Of a stretch of 64,000 nt of DNA, positions 35,075 through 47,780 are shown piece by piece. The stretch covers positions 94,242,301 to 94,306,300 of the forward strand of contig NC_052153.1 in assembly GCF_902713615.1 (NCBI RefSeq), given 5' to 3'. Position 1 is the first letter of the stretch, and the number at the start of each line of letters is the position of its first letter. A program made the translations under genes and the position numbers. The notes below the pieces were generated by a model that had not been told where the DNA came from, searched no databases, and saw only the letters and a program-made list of their open reading frames with translations. The DNA is from Scyliorhinus canicula (lineage: Eukaryota).

Positions 35075-38000
35075 TTGGATTGGGTTGGATTTGTTTATTG
35101 TCACGTGTACTGAGGAACAGTGAAAAGTATTTTTCTGCGAGCAGCTCAACAGATCATCAAGTACATGAAAAAAATACGTAAAAGGACAACACAAGGTCCA
35201 CAAGGTAAATATATACACACCGACATTGGGTAAAGTATACAGGAGTGTAGTATTAATCAGATCCGTCCATAAGAGGGTCGTTTAGGAATCTGGTAAGAGC
35301 ACGGAGGAAGCTGTTTTTCAGTCTGTTTGTGTGTGTTCTCAGACTTTTGTATCTCCTGCCCGATGGAAGAAGTTGGAAGAGTGAGTAAGCCGGGTGGGAG
35401 AGTCTTTGATTATGCTGCCCGCGAGGGGAGGGAGGGGAGATGGAGGCGGTGGTTGAGATGAATGCCGAGAAGGCCCTTGATCGGGTGGAATGGAATTATT
35501 TGTGGGAGGTGCTAGGAAGGTTCGTGTTTGTACAGGGCTTCATTGATTGGGTGCGGTTGCTGTATCAGGCACCAGTAGCAAATATGCATATGAATCGACG
35601 GTTGTCGGGCTATTTTAAACATCACTGAGGGACAAGGCAAGGGTGTCCCCTCTCCCCGCTGTTGCTTGCTCTGGCCATAGAGCCATTGGCTATGGCATTG
35701 AGCTTCTAGGAACTAGAAAGGGTTGGTCCGGATTGGGGGGCGGTGGTGGAGCATCGGGTTTTGCTTTATGCGAATGACCTGCTCCTGTACATTTCGGACC
35801 CGTTAGAGGTGATGGGGGAGATTATGCGGATCTTAGGGGAATTTGGCAGATTCTCGGGGTATAAATTGAATATGGGGAAAAGCGAGATGTTCGCGATTCA
35901 GGCGTGGGAGTAGGAGAGTGGAGATTGGGAGAGCTGCTGTTTAGAATGGTAGGAAAGAGCTTTCGCTATCTGGGAATCCAGGTGGCACGGGAATGGGAGA
36001 CATTGCATAAGTTAAACTTGTCCGGGCTTGTAGAACAAATGAAGGAGAACTTTCGGAGATGGGACATGCTTCTGCTGCCACTGGTGGGGATGGTACAGAC
36101 CATGAAAATGACGGTCCTCACCAGATTTCTATTTGTCTTTCAGTGTCTCCCCATCTTTATCCCACGGGCCTTTTTTAAACGGGTGAATAAGGTGATTTTG
36201 GGCTTTGTGTGGGCGAGTAAAACCCCGCAAGTGAAGAAAGTGCTGGAGCGTAGTCGGGGGGAGGGTGGACTGGTGCTGCCGAACTTCTGTAACTACTACT
36301 GGGCGGCTAATATGGCCATAATTAGGAAGTGGGTAGTGGGCGGGGGGGGGGGGGGGGGGGTTGGTCTGGGTTGGTCTGGGAGCGAGTAGAGGCGGCATCG
36401 TGTAAGAACACAAGTTCGGGGGGCACTGATAATGGCACCTCTGTCGTTATCGCTTGCCCAGTACTCCACAAGCCCGGTGGTAGTGGCGGCTCTGAGAGTC
36501 TGGGGGCAGTGGAGGAAATACAAGAGAGCGGAGAGAGCATCGGTCTGGGCCCCGATTTACAACAACCCATCGGTTTGTGCCGGGAAGGCTGGATGGAGGG
36601 TTTTGGAAAAGGCAGAGAGTAGGAATTGAGAGGATGGGAGATCTATTTATAGACAGGAGCTTCCCTAGCTTGAAGGATTTGGAGGAGAAATTTGAACTGC
36701 CAGCAGGGAATGGGTTGAGATATCTGCAGGCATGGGATTTTCTGAGAAGGCAGGTTCCAACCTTCCCGCTCCTGCCAACACGGGGGATACAGGACAGGGT
36801 AGTTTCCAAAACATTGGTGGGAGTGGGAAATGTATCAGATATCTACAAAGCTTATGAAGTCGGAGGAAACTCAGATAGAGGAACTATAGGGTAAGTGGGA
36901 AGGTGAGCTAGGGGGAAGAGATAGAGGCAGGTCTGTGGGCGGATGCCTTAAGCAGGGTTAACATCCTCATCATGTGCCAGGCTTAGCCTGATACAATTTA
37001 AGGTAGTTAACCAGGCACACATGACGGTGGCCCGGATGAGCAAGTTCTTTGGGGTAGAGGACAGATGTGCGAGGTGCGCAGGAGGTCCAGCATACCACGT
37101 CCATTTGTTTTGGGCATGCCCAAAGCTTGGATGGTTTTGGCAGGGTTTTGCTAAGGCTATGTCCACGATACTTAAAACATGGGTGGTGCCGAGTCCAGAG
37201 GTGACGATCGTTGGAGTGTCGGAAGAGCCGGGTGGCCAGGGGTGAGAGAGGCTGACATTTTGGCCATGTCAGTGTGGACATGCTGAATTTCCTTAGTTTT
37301 CTGAGGAAGTATAGGCACTGCTGTGCTATCTTGGTCATAGCATTGATGTGGGTGGACCAGGACAGATTTTTGGTGATGTGCACATATACATAGAACATAC
37401 AGTGCAGAAGGAGGCCATTTGGCCCATCGAGTCTGCACCAACCCACTTAAGCCCTCACTTCCACCCTATCCCCGTAACCCAATAACCCCTCCTAACCTTT
37501 TTTGGACACTAAGGGCAATTTAGCATGGCCAATCCACTTAACCTGCACGTCTTTGGACTGTGGGAAGAAACCGGAGCATCCGGAGGAAACCCACATTGAC
37601 ACGGGGAGAACGTGCAGACTCCGCACAGACTGACCCAGCGGGGAATCGAACCTGGCACCCTGGCGCTGTGAAGCCACAGTGCTATCCACTTGTGCTACCA
37701 TGCTGCCCAAACCTAGGAATTTTAAGCTGTCAACCATCTCCACCTTAGCCCCGTTGATGCAGACAGGGGTGTGCACAATACTTTGCTTCCTGAAGTCAAT
37801 GACCAGCTCTTTAGTTTTGCTGACATTGAGGGAGAGATTGTTGTTGTTACACCAATCCACTAGATTCTCTATCTCTCTCCTGTATTCTGACTCGTCATTG
37901 TTCGAGATCCGACCCGCTACGGTTGTGTCGTCAGCAAACTTGGAGTTGGAGCCAAATTTTGCCTCGGAGTCTTATGTATATAGGGGGCTAAGTATACAGG

Positions 38001-38945
38001 CTTGCAGGGCCTCAGTATTGAGGACTATCGTGGAGCAGGTGGTGTTCTATATTCTTACTGATTGTGGTCTATGGGTCAGAAAGTCAAGGATCCAGTTGGA
38101 GGGTGAAGAGCAAAGTCCGAGGTTTGGAGCTTTGCTATGAGCTTGGTTGGGATTATGGTGTTGAAGGCAGAACCATAGTCAATAAATAGGAATCTGATGT
38201 AGGAGTCCTTGTTGTCGAGATGCACCAGGGATGAGTGTAGGGCCAGGGAGATGCCGTCTGCTGTGTACCGGTTGCGGAGGTATGCGAATTGCAGTAGATC
38301 TAGGCATTCTAGGAGTCTGGAGTTGATGTGCCTAATGAAGAATCTCGTGAAGCACTTCATTACGATCGATGTCAGGGCCACTGGACAATAGTCATTCAGG
38401 CACGTTGCCTGGCTCTTCTTTGGTACCGGTGTGATGGTCGTCTTCTTGAAGTAGGTGGGGACCTTGAAGTAGGTGGAGACCTCGGAACGGTGTAGGGAGA
38501 GGTTGAAGATGTCCAGGAATGCATCTGCCAGCTGGTCCATGTAGGTTCTGAGTGCACGACCAGGAACCCCGTTCGGACCAGTCACCTGAGCGATCTGACT
38601 TCTGAAGCTGTGACGGTAGGTATGATGGGTGTGTCCGGCACTGGGGCAGTCGACAGCAGTTTGATGGTTTCCTGCTCGAACCGAGCATAGAATGCATTGA
38701 GTTGATCAGGGAGGGGTGCGCTGCTGCTGGAGATTCTGCTCGGTTTCGCTTTGTAGCCCGTTATGTTATTTAGGCCTTGACACTACCGACGGAAGTCTAA
38801 TGCTAGTCTGCGACTCTAACTGGATCTGATGTTGTCTCTTGGCATCCCGGATGACTTTGCAGAGGTTGTACCTGGATTTCTTGTATAGGTCAGGGTCACC
38901 TGACTTGAACGCCTCAGACCTGGCCTTCTGTAGGGAGTCAATCCC
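35075..38945 (-). mobile_element. Rex1/Babar-type LINE (RT through 3' tail) interrupted by an L1 fragment and a SINE
   Basis: TGPNGVPGRALR, TTITPVPKK, LNDYCPVALTSIVMKCF, LFIDYGSAFNTI and LNVSKTKELVIDFRK. The 3' tail with (tccaa)n lies at ~35075-35160. Confidence 0.88.
35422..37262 (+). mobile_element. L1-clade LINE ORF2 fragment (RT plus C-terminal CCHC)
   Basis: NAEKALDRVEW (DAEKAFD motif), GTRQGCPLSPLL, LYANDL, FRYLGI, GGLVLPNF..YYWAA and C..C....H.FW.CP. Confidence 0.88.
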
Positions 38946-40019
38946 GAGCAAAACCTCTTGCTACTTTTTTATGTATCAAAGGCTTTGGGATGTTCCTTGA
39001 TTCTGTATGCCAATGACTTGTGTTGGAGCTACTTTGATGAAGTACTTTGATGAGGTTCTTTAAAGCTGAGGCTATTCCAAGGTTAAAAAAAAATTAAATA
39101 TGGAAAAATGTGGCCCAAAGAACATGAAATCAACAACTTTTGGTGATACTTCTTATGTCAGACTTCCTGCTGAATGCCTAATCAGAATATTTTGGTAGAT
39201 GAAAATAGAGAATGTTACCATTTAGCCTGGGAAGCTAAGAAAATAAAAGGGTTGTTAAAAATACTTTTGCTGCAGTAAAGCAGTTCTTTTGAAACCACTG
39301 GATGTGGAATTCTGTTTTGAAATATTTTTACAGAAAATTCTGTAGAAGGATATACAGAAAACAGTTCCCTGATAAATGTTACATAGACAGTCATTCCTTG
39401 TTGAATCATAGAATTTACAGTGCAGAGGCAAGCCATTAGGCCCATCGAGTCTACATCAGCTCCTGAAAGAGCACCCTACTTAAGCCCACATCTCCACCAT
39501 ATCTCCGTAACCCAGTATCCCCACCTAACCTTTGAACAGTAAGGGGCAATTTAGTATGGCCAATCCACCTAACCTGGATCTTTGGACTGTGGGAGGAAAC
39601 CGGAGCCCCCGGAGGAAACCCATGCAGAATTGAATCCGGATCCCTGGTGCTGTGAGGCAGCAGTGCTAACCACTGTATGCCACAGTCCCTCCCTGGATGG
39701 ATAACGTACAGATAACATACACTTCTACAAAAAGTGCGAGTGAAAAAGATTAACGATTGGTCTTGCTAGTGTGAAACAAATGATAGAAATAAAAGGAAAT
39801 TTCCACGATTAAATGCATTGATGCAAGTCATCATTTACCTGATCGTTTCATGAAGTGGAATGCTTTTACCGCAAGATTATTTGTGGTCCTAGAACTGTTG
39901 TGCGTTGTATGGTGGGGGGAAACGTTTTCTCTCTTGATTTGTTTGGAAATGTTGTTTGTGAATAATTATTTAAGCATTTTTTTAAAAAGAAAAAATGGAA
40001 TCTGTTAACTGTGTAATAA

Positions 40020-41480
40020 GTTAAGAGCCCATGGTGTTAAGGGTAAGATCCTTGCATGGATAGAGGATTGGCTGACGGGCAGAAGGCAGAGAGTGGGGTT
40101 AAAGGGGTCTTTTTCAGGATGGCAGCCGGCGACTAGTGGTGTGCCTCAGGGGTCTGTGTTGGGACCACAACTTTTCACAATGCACATTATCCTGGAAGAA
40201 GGAACTGAAGGCACTGTTTACAGATGATACAAAGATCTGTAGAGGGACAGGCAGTACTGTATTGAGGAAGCAGGGGGGCTGCAGAAGGATTAGGACAAGC
40301 TAGGAGAGTGGGCAAAGAAGTAGCAAATGGAATACAATGTGGAAAAGTGTGAGGTTATGCACTTCGGAAGGAGGAATGAAGTATTTAACTATTTTCTAAA
40401 CGGGGAATTGCTGAAGAAATCAGAAGCACAAAGGGACTTGGGAGTCCTTATTCAAGATTCTCTTAAGGTTAATGTGCAGGTTCAGTCGGCAGTTAAGGCA
40501 AATGCAATGTGAGCATTCATGTCGAGAGGGCTAGAATACAAGAGCAGGGATGTACTTCTGAGGCTGTATAAGGCTCTGATCAGCTTTGTGCCCTGTATCT
40601 AAGGAAGGATGTGATGGCCTTGGAAAGGGTCCATAGGAGGTTCGCAAGAATGATCCCCGGAATCAAGAGCTTGTTGTATGAGGAATGGTTAAGGACTCTG
40701 GGTCTGCACTAGTTGGAGTTTAGAAGGATGAGGGGGGATCTTATTGAAACTTACAGGATACTGCGAGGCCTGGATAGAGTGGACGTGGAGAGGATGTTTC
40801 CACTTGCAGGAAAAACTAGAACCAGAGGACACAGCCTCAAACTAAAGGGATGATCCTTTAAAACAGAGATGAGGAGGAATTTCTTCAGCCAGATGGTGGT
40901 GAATCTGTGGAACTCTTTACCGCAGAAGGCTGCGGAGACCAAATCAAAGAATGTCTTTAAGACATAGATAGATAGGTTCTTGATTATAGAATTTCATAGA
41001 ATTTACAGTGCAAAAGGAGGCCATTCGGCCCATCGAGTCTGCACCGGCTCTTGGAAAGAGCACCCTACCCAAGGGCAACACCTCCACCCAAACCCCATAA
41101 CCCAGTAACCCCACCCAACATTAAAGGCAATTTTGGTCACTAAGGGCAATTTATCATGGCCAATCCACCTAACCTGCACATCTTTGGACTGTGGGAGGAA
41201 ACCGGAGCACCCGGAGGAAACCCACGCACACACGGGGAGGATGTGCAGACTCCGCGCAGACAGTGACCCAAGCCGGAATCGAACCTGGGACCCTGGAGCT
41301 GTGAAACAATTGCGCTATCCACAATGCTACCGTGCTAAGGGGATCCAGGGATATCGGGAGAAGGCAAGGGATATGGGAAGAAGGTAAGAGAATGGGGATG
41401 AGAAAAATATCAGCCATGATTGAATGGCAGAGCAGACTTGATGGGCCGAGTGGCCTAATTCTGCTCCAATGTCTTATGTC
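40020..41480 (+). mobile_element. CR1 LINE 3' fragment with a nested SINE
   Basis: [15 protein letters not shown] and MEYNVEKCEVMHFG motifs; 3' tail gggccgagtggcctaattctgctcc..cttatg. Confidence 0.88.
40985..41336 (-). mobile_element. HE1-type SINE, young, CR1-type tail
   Basis: Full head, V-core and tail; highly similar to 41952-42299. Confidence 0.9.
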
Positions 41481-41951
41481 TAATGCCTATAATTAGGTTG
41501 TATACAGAGGGGGGCTCATTGGATATATCTGGAAACAAGCATTGACACTGGTGGTGCAATATCTCACTTTGTGAATAAATGTCAAGCTGAGTAAAGTCTG
41601 ACTTCTGATTGTCTCTTGTGCCAACAGTCCTGTGCTCCCAGCATTGCAGTCTTGGCGAATGAACACATGCACCCAATACTATGGTATTGAGGTAGGCAGT
41701 CCCAGGTTCCTCGCACGGTGGTATTGGGGGTGAGTGGTCCCATGCTCCCTGCAATGTTGCATAGGTGTGACTGATCCTTTGCTCACTACACTGTTGTATT
41801 TGGGGTTTTTGTTACCTGTAGCTTAGGGACATTCCTTGGTGTCACATCTCTGCTCAGGAAAAGGTGCTCAATAATGAGAGGAGGTTGATGGTCCATCTCA
41901 GGGAATCTTTATGTAAGTTGGGAATAAATGGATGAGAATGTGAAAGCATTT

Positions 41952-42299
41952 TCATAGAATTTACAGTGCAGAAGGAGGCCATTCGGCCCATCGAGTCTGC
42001 ACCGGCTCTTGGAAAGAGCACCCTACCCAAGGTCCACACCTCCACCCTATCCCCATAACCCAGTAACCCCACCCAACACTGAGGGCAATTTTGGACACTA
42101 AGGACAATTTTAGCATGGCCAATCCACCTAACCTGCACATCTTTGGACTGTGGGAGGAAACCGGAGCACCCAGAGGAAACCCACGCACACACGGGGAGAA
42201 CGTGCAGACTCCGCACAGACAGTGAGCCAAGCCGGGAATCGACCTGGGACCCTGGAGCTGTGAAGCAATTGTGCTAACCATAATGCTACCGTGCTGCCC
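41952..42299 (-). mobile_element. HE1-type SINE, young, CR1-type tail
   Basis: Full head, V-core and tail. Confidence 0.9.
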
Positions 42300-42779
42300 T
42301 TTAATGGTAGAAAGAAATTGAAATGAATAATGAAACGATTCTCTCAAAATCCTTCACCGAATGTCAATGTAAATTCGTGACTTATGACAAAAACAGAGTG
42401 GATGTTAAATTTCTATGTAATAATATACTAATAATAAAGAAATACTGGCATTTACATAGTGCTTTTCAAAACATCAGCCATCTCAAAGCATTTTACAGCC
42501 AGTAATGGTGCTGTTGCTCACTGCAAAGGAGCAGGAGCAAAGTGGGGATATAAAAAGCACAGCAAGAGTGAATAAAACCACAGGAGAAATTAAAACCTGA
42601 CATCAGAATGTTATCACCATCTACAAAGAGGGAGGGACCACAGAACCCAAGGCTTTTAAACCAGGTTTATAGGTTAAACCAGGTTTATAGGTTAAATATC
42701 ATTTTACCAGTTTTTTGTGTGTTGAACACTTTTTAGGATCTGCTTGGAGCTAAAATAGCAAAAGCGTGAGGGCGAGAAA

Positions 42780-43680
42780 AATTGAAACACCAAAAGTGAC
42801 ATCAGCATAAAAGAAGGGACCGGTGAGTAACTGCAAAGTTCAGTTTATTTCTAAGTTAGTACGCAGCCTGATACATTGAGCCATAGTAGGACACTTCAGA
42901 TCCGTGGAATATAAATCTAGCTGCACATGGAAAACCAAGCACATTTCCCGAGCCCTAGATAACCATGTGTGCAGTAAGTATCGTCATCTGAAGGAGCTTG
43001 AGCTGCAACAAGGGGCTTCTTGAGGCTGCGAATTTCATGGATAGTACCTTTCTGGAGTTGGTCACCCTGCAGCTTAAAAATGTGCAGATGCAGAGGGAAT
43101 GGCAGAAGATCAAGCAGTTAGTGCAGGAGTCCCCGAGTGCATTTGCCCACGAACCGATATTCAGTCCTGTCAAAGTAATGGTTTCCTCTAGGAGGGTACA
43201 GCGAGAGCAAAACCCAAGGCACAACAGATGGCACAGCAGTATGTGTGGGTGGAAGGAAGATTGGGAAAGCAGAAGTGGCTATTTATGTTATTCCAAGATG
43301 GAATGTTGACTCCTGGGAATAAAATAAAGGATGTCACTGAGCAGTTGCAGAGCATTCTGAGGGGGGAAGGTGAACAGCTAGGAGTTATGATCACATCAGT
43401 GTCAATGACATCGGTAGAAAGAGGAATGGAGATCCTGCAGTCAGAGCTTTGGAACCGAGGAAAGTTAATAAGTTGATGTGGTATATATATACTTCCAAAA
43501 GGCATATATTAGGCTAGCTGGGAATGTTGAAGCCTGTAGAATAAAAGGGACAGCAGCAACACTGATAAAAGACTGGGAACAGAAAGCAGTGGTGATTATT
43601 TGACTTTCAGACTGGAGAAACATACAGAGTAGGCTCCCCAGTAGTTGAAACTGGGACCACCTCTTTTCCTGATACATAGA
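42780..43680 (+). mobile_element. Old CR1 5'/ORF1 remnant fused to an RT remnant
   Basis: NHVCSK..HLKELEL zinc/coiled-coil segment and LRGEGEQLGV esterase segment, homologous to 61600-61800. Confidence 0.55.
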
Positions 43681-43689
43681 ATTAAAGAT

Positions 43690-44770
43690 GATTATGGTAT
43701 TTGGCCCTTCGTCTCTGTGCTGGCTCTCCGAATGTGCAATTCACCTTGTGCCATTCTCCATAACTCTACACATTCTTCCTTTTCCGATAATAATTCAATT
43801 CCCTCTTGAATGCCTTGATTGAACCTGCTTGCACCACACTTCTAGATGTGCATTCCCAATTTTAACCATTCACTGTCTGGAAAGGTCTTTCGTCAGGTCG
43901 TCATTGCTTCTCTTGTCAAATCTTGCTGAAAAGAGAGAGACATGCTGTTGAAACTTTTCATCTTGCAGTCATCAGAAAGATGCAAGAATGTCAATTTTAA
44001 CCAAATCTCATTCTGTATTCTTGCATTTGTCCTAATGAATGTAAGACGATTTTTTTTTCATCAATCGTAGACTCTACAGTGCAGAAGGAGGCCATTCGGC
44101 CCATCATGTCTGCACTGACCGTTGGAAAGAGTACCTTACCTAGACCGAAGTCCCGACCCTATCTCCGTAACCCAGTAATCCCACCTAACCTTTTTCACCC
44201 TCAGGGGCAATTTAGCATGGCCAATTCACCTAACCTGCACATCTTTGGACTGTGGAAGGAGACCGGAGCACCCAGAGGAAACTCACACAGACACGGGGAG
44301 AAAGTGCAAACTCCATACAGGCCAGAATTGAACCCGGGTCACTGGTGCTGTGAGACAGCAGTGCTAACCACTGTGCCATCATGCCGCCCTCAAGTTCTCA
44401 ATACTCAAGTTCCATACAATCAAGCAACTATTTGCCAATTATCTTAAATCTGTGCCATCTGGGTCACATTCCTTCCACCAGTAGAAACGGTTTCTCCCTA
44501 TGTACTCTGTCCAAAACCCTCTTGACTTTAAATACCTCTGTCAAATCTCCTTGCAATCTTCTCCTCCCAGAGCGCAGCCCTAACTTCTCAAATCTATTTG
44601 CATAACTGATATTCCACACCCTGCACAACTATGGTAATGTTTTTCTGCATCCTGTTGAATACATTGACATCCTTCCTGAGGCGTGGTACGCAGAACTAGA
44701 CACAATCCCCCAGTTTCGGCCAAACCAGTGGTTTATATGATTTAACCTAGCTTCCTTGCTTTTGTACCTT
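43690..44770 (-). mobile_element. Old CR1 3' fragment with nested inserts
   Basis: CR1-like 3' UTR at 43690-43915; VQFW/RKDV-like RT C-terminal sequence at 44640-44720 on the minus strand. Confidence 0.6.
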
Positions 44771-44980
44771 GTGCCTTAAGAGTTCCAAACTTACCTTGTT
44801 GTCAGGCAGAAGTTGAGAACTGAGTCCTGACAGGACCCGAGAGTTTCCGCACATGTTCGGAAGTCATGAGGGTTTTGGACAGAGTACATAGGGAGAAACT
44901 GTTTCTATTGGTGGAAGGAATGTGACCCAGATGGCACAGATTTAAGATAATTAGCAAATAGTTGCTTGATCGTAAGGAAC
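44409..44980. repeat. Inverted duplication: 44409-44528 versus 44861-44980
   Basis: The ~120-bp arms are reverse complements with only a handful of mismatches. The ORF track shows the same peptide on both strands. Confidence 0.9.
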
Positions 44981-45652
44981 GTGTATGCATAGCACAACAT
45001 TTGGAGTTCTTCCGGCGGAGGACAAGGGCTCAGATCTCATGCATGAAAAAGAAATGGTGTATCAAACCTCCAACAGAGGACCCGGTAGCGGGGTGCCTTA
45101 TGGAGAGAAGTACCAGACATGGGATAGAGAGGTACCAAAGAGGGAACCCAGAGGGAGGTCCCACAGAGTTCAAGAGAACTGGAGAACAAATTACCGGAAG
45201 ATGGGGATCACTGGAAAATGGAGCACCGAAAGAGGCTCCAAGCAGTAAAAGTGCTGTTCTTGACATGATTCAAGTAGTGAGGGCTTGGTGAAAGCACTCA
45301 AGAGCTGAGAAGATAGCAGAAGGTTGGTGACTCTGTGCTGTGGGCTATTGAGGCAATGATGACCCTTTTGAGGTAGTTCTGTTTTGCTTGGCATAGCCGA
45401 ACAGCTGTGCTTTTGAGCTGGTGCTGTGATGAATGTAAGAAATTGTTATATTTATCGTATTTTACATCTGTTGCAGTAATGTTTTAAAAGCCCGTGTTAT
45501 GGTACATATATGTTGCCATAATATTATTAAAGAACCTAGGTTAAGGTATCCAGACTGTGTGTCTGCAAAAACGTAACTAAGAAGTCGTAAATGGGAGGTC
45601 ATGATTGATTTGAACTATTTATTTGTTTACATATAGATGGCTAATGGAACAT

Positions 45653-46401
45653 CGTTATGATTGCTGGAGATTCCCTGGAGAGTAGATAATTATTGAGGGG
45701 GTGTATTTAGTCCCAGCTAAGCAGGTCATGTAACATTTTAGGAAGCTACTGATGATGTAATTAATGGGAGGAGCCAAGCCTGTCTGTGGTTTTGCAGTTT
45801 GCCATAGGATTTGAGTCTGACAAGACAAGAATGTTAAGTTAACAGCAGTTTTGCCCATGCTGCTAGGTTGAGCAGACATGTACTGAATCTGCTCTTGAAA
45901 GGGTCTCTCCAAAAGTCTCTACACAATGAAGCACGTAATATGTTTGTTAACTTGGATGGATGGATGGATGGATTTGTTTATTGTCACGTGTACCGAGGTA
46001 CAGTGAAAAGTATTTTTCTGCAAGCAGCTCAACAGATCATTCAGTACATGGAAGAAAAGGGAATTAAACAAAATTCAAGAAAATACATGAGAATACATAA
46101 TAGGGCAACACAAGATATACACTTAATTATAAGTGGCATTATAAGTGGTTGCTTAATTGGAGTTAGTCGCAGGTATAGATGGTAAGTTTTAGTTTTTCCT
46201 TGTGTTTAAGAACTATTAAACTGATAATTGTAAAATTATTTTCTTTGATGTTAATGTTAATTCTGTGTTTAAAATTAAGTTTATTTTAACATAAAGATAC
46301 CTATGGTCAGAGTCATTACTCCTGGGATGAATTAAAAAAATTGGTTTGGGTTCTTGTCTGATATTCTGACAAAAGTTGAGCTCTGGTCCAGTATCCTAAC
46401 A
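45653..46401 (+). mobile_element. Solo-LTR-like element carrying a Rex1 3'-end insert (~45955-46120)
   Basis: Shares gggaggagcca.. and ..aaaagttg.g.tctggtc.. segments with 31345-32047 in inverted orientation. Ends in ...cctaaca. Confidence 0.55.
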
Positions 46402-47780
46402 GTGGTAAAGTGCAAACTCACCAGCAAAACCGAGTTTCGGGAATCAAGATTGAAACCTTGCGAGGGGAGCAGATGTTGAGGCAGTCCAAATCAGAGCAAG
46501 TTATGGAGATAATTCCAAGACTTGATCTTCGGAGGTGAACACTGGAATCCATCATGCGACAATCAACCAACCTACCCTCTGAAGAAATCCTCCCTTTAAA
46601 TCCCTTTCCCACGTTTTGTCTGTGTGTGAAATAAACCAATCCCTTTTATGTTATCGTATCTGAAGCTTGTTTTGAGAGTATTCATAGAGGATTGGAACAC
46701 TCCATATCTAAGGGAAAATGCACCACTTACAAAGGTGGGATAGGGGAATTAAAAATCAAAAATACCTTTCTGTTTGCAGGCAGGCATTGAGAGGAGAAAT
46801 CAGGCGTGTTCAAATTTACCCCATCCATAAAAGAACTTGGGAGCTCAAGTCTGGGTCGAGCAATTTCAACTAGACCAGGGTCCAAGTTAAGAGACGAGCC
46901 AAAGTAGAGGTAAAAAGAGTCAATTGGAAACCAGAAGAGGGCAACCGGTGCCTGGAATTAACTGTTGTCCTTGTCCTAACACTAAGAAAATGGCAACATT
47001 TGATGTTTAATTAGCAAGAAAATTTAAGGGAGGAAATTTTGGAGACACTTAGCGCAGATCAATTTAAAGCTCAGGCTAGGGAATTGCAGTTAAAATTGCC
47101 CAGCAAAAGCAAAGTAAATGAACTAATCCTGGCATTGGTAGATCGTCTGGATTCGACTTTATCTGGAGAGCAGTCAGATGAAGACCTCAATTGTGATTCC
47201 GAATCCCCTACCCAAGACAATTTGGAGCTGGAGAAGCTTAAATTGCAGTTCGAATTTCTGGAGAGAGAAAGGGGAGCTCAGAGGGAAAAAGTATTTCGGC
47301 TCCAAAATTGAAAATGGAGCTAGCAGCTAAAAGGGAGAGAGAGGCTAGCCATTTGGATGCGACAAGAGAAAATATCTCTCTACCGAGTAGCACCCTTTAT
47401 TCCCCCTAACCCAGAGGCTTGCAAGTATGCAATATTTTTTCCCAAATTTGAAAAGTGATGTGGAGGCATTCTTTAGCATATTTGAGAAGATAGCAGTACA
47501 GCTAAACAACCCTCAGAGATCTGGACATTTTAATTTAAGGGCAGCTGTCTGAGAGGGCCCAAGAGGACCATACTCCGTGTTACCTTCTGAGGTGTCTCTA
47601 GATTAAATGCAGACCAAAGCTACCATTCTAATTGCCTATCAGTTAGTCCTAGAATCATACCGACAACAATTCAGGAATGCTCGTAACAATGCTAAAACAA
47701 ATTGCATTCAGCCGAAGGATAAGATTCCTAAAAATCCCATGCACCTATGAGGGGTTGCGTGAACTAGTATTTTTGGGGGA
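46402..47780 (+). mobile_element. Degenerate Gmr1-like Gypsy 5' end (LTR remnant, tRNA-Pro-like PBS, gag with SCAN-related region)
   Basis: TGGGAGCTCAAGTCTGGG at ~46838 resembles the tRNA-Pro PBS TGGGGGCTCGTCCGGG. It is followed by coiled-coil gag (LELEKLKLQFEFLERER) and frameshifted DVEAFFSIFEKIA...AYQLVLESYRQQFRN motifs typical of Gmr1-type gag. Confidence 0.6.

Noticed and set aside
42815-42832. Strong donor CCG|GTGAGT as an NMRK 5'UTR exon
   Set aside because: It lies in a CR1 5' remnant and has no supported acceptor or other evidence. It cannot be excluded without RNA-seq.
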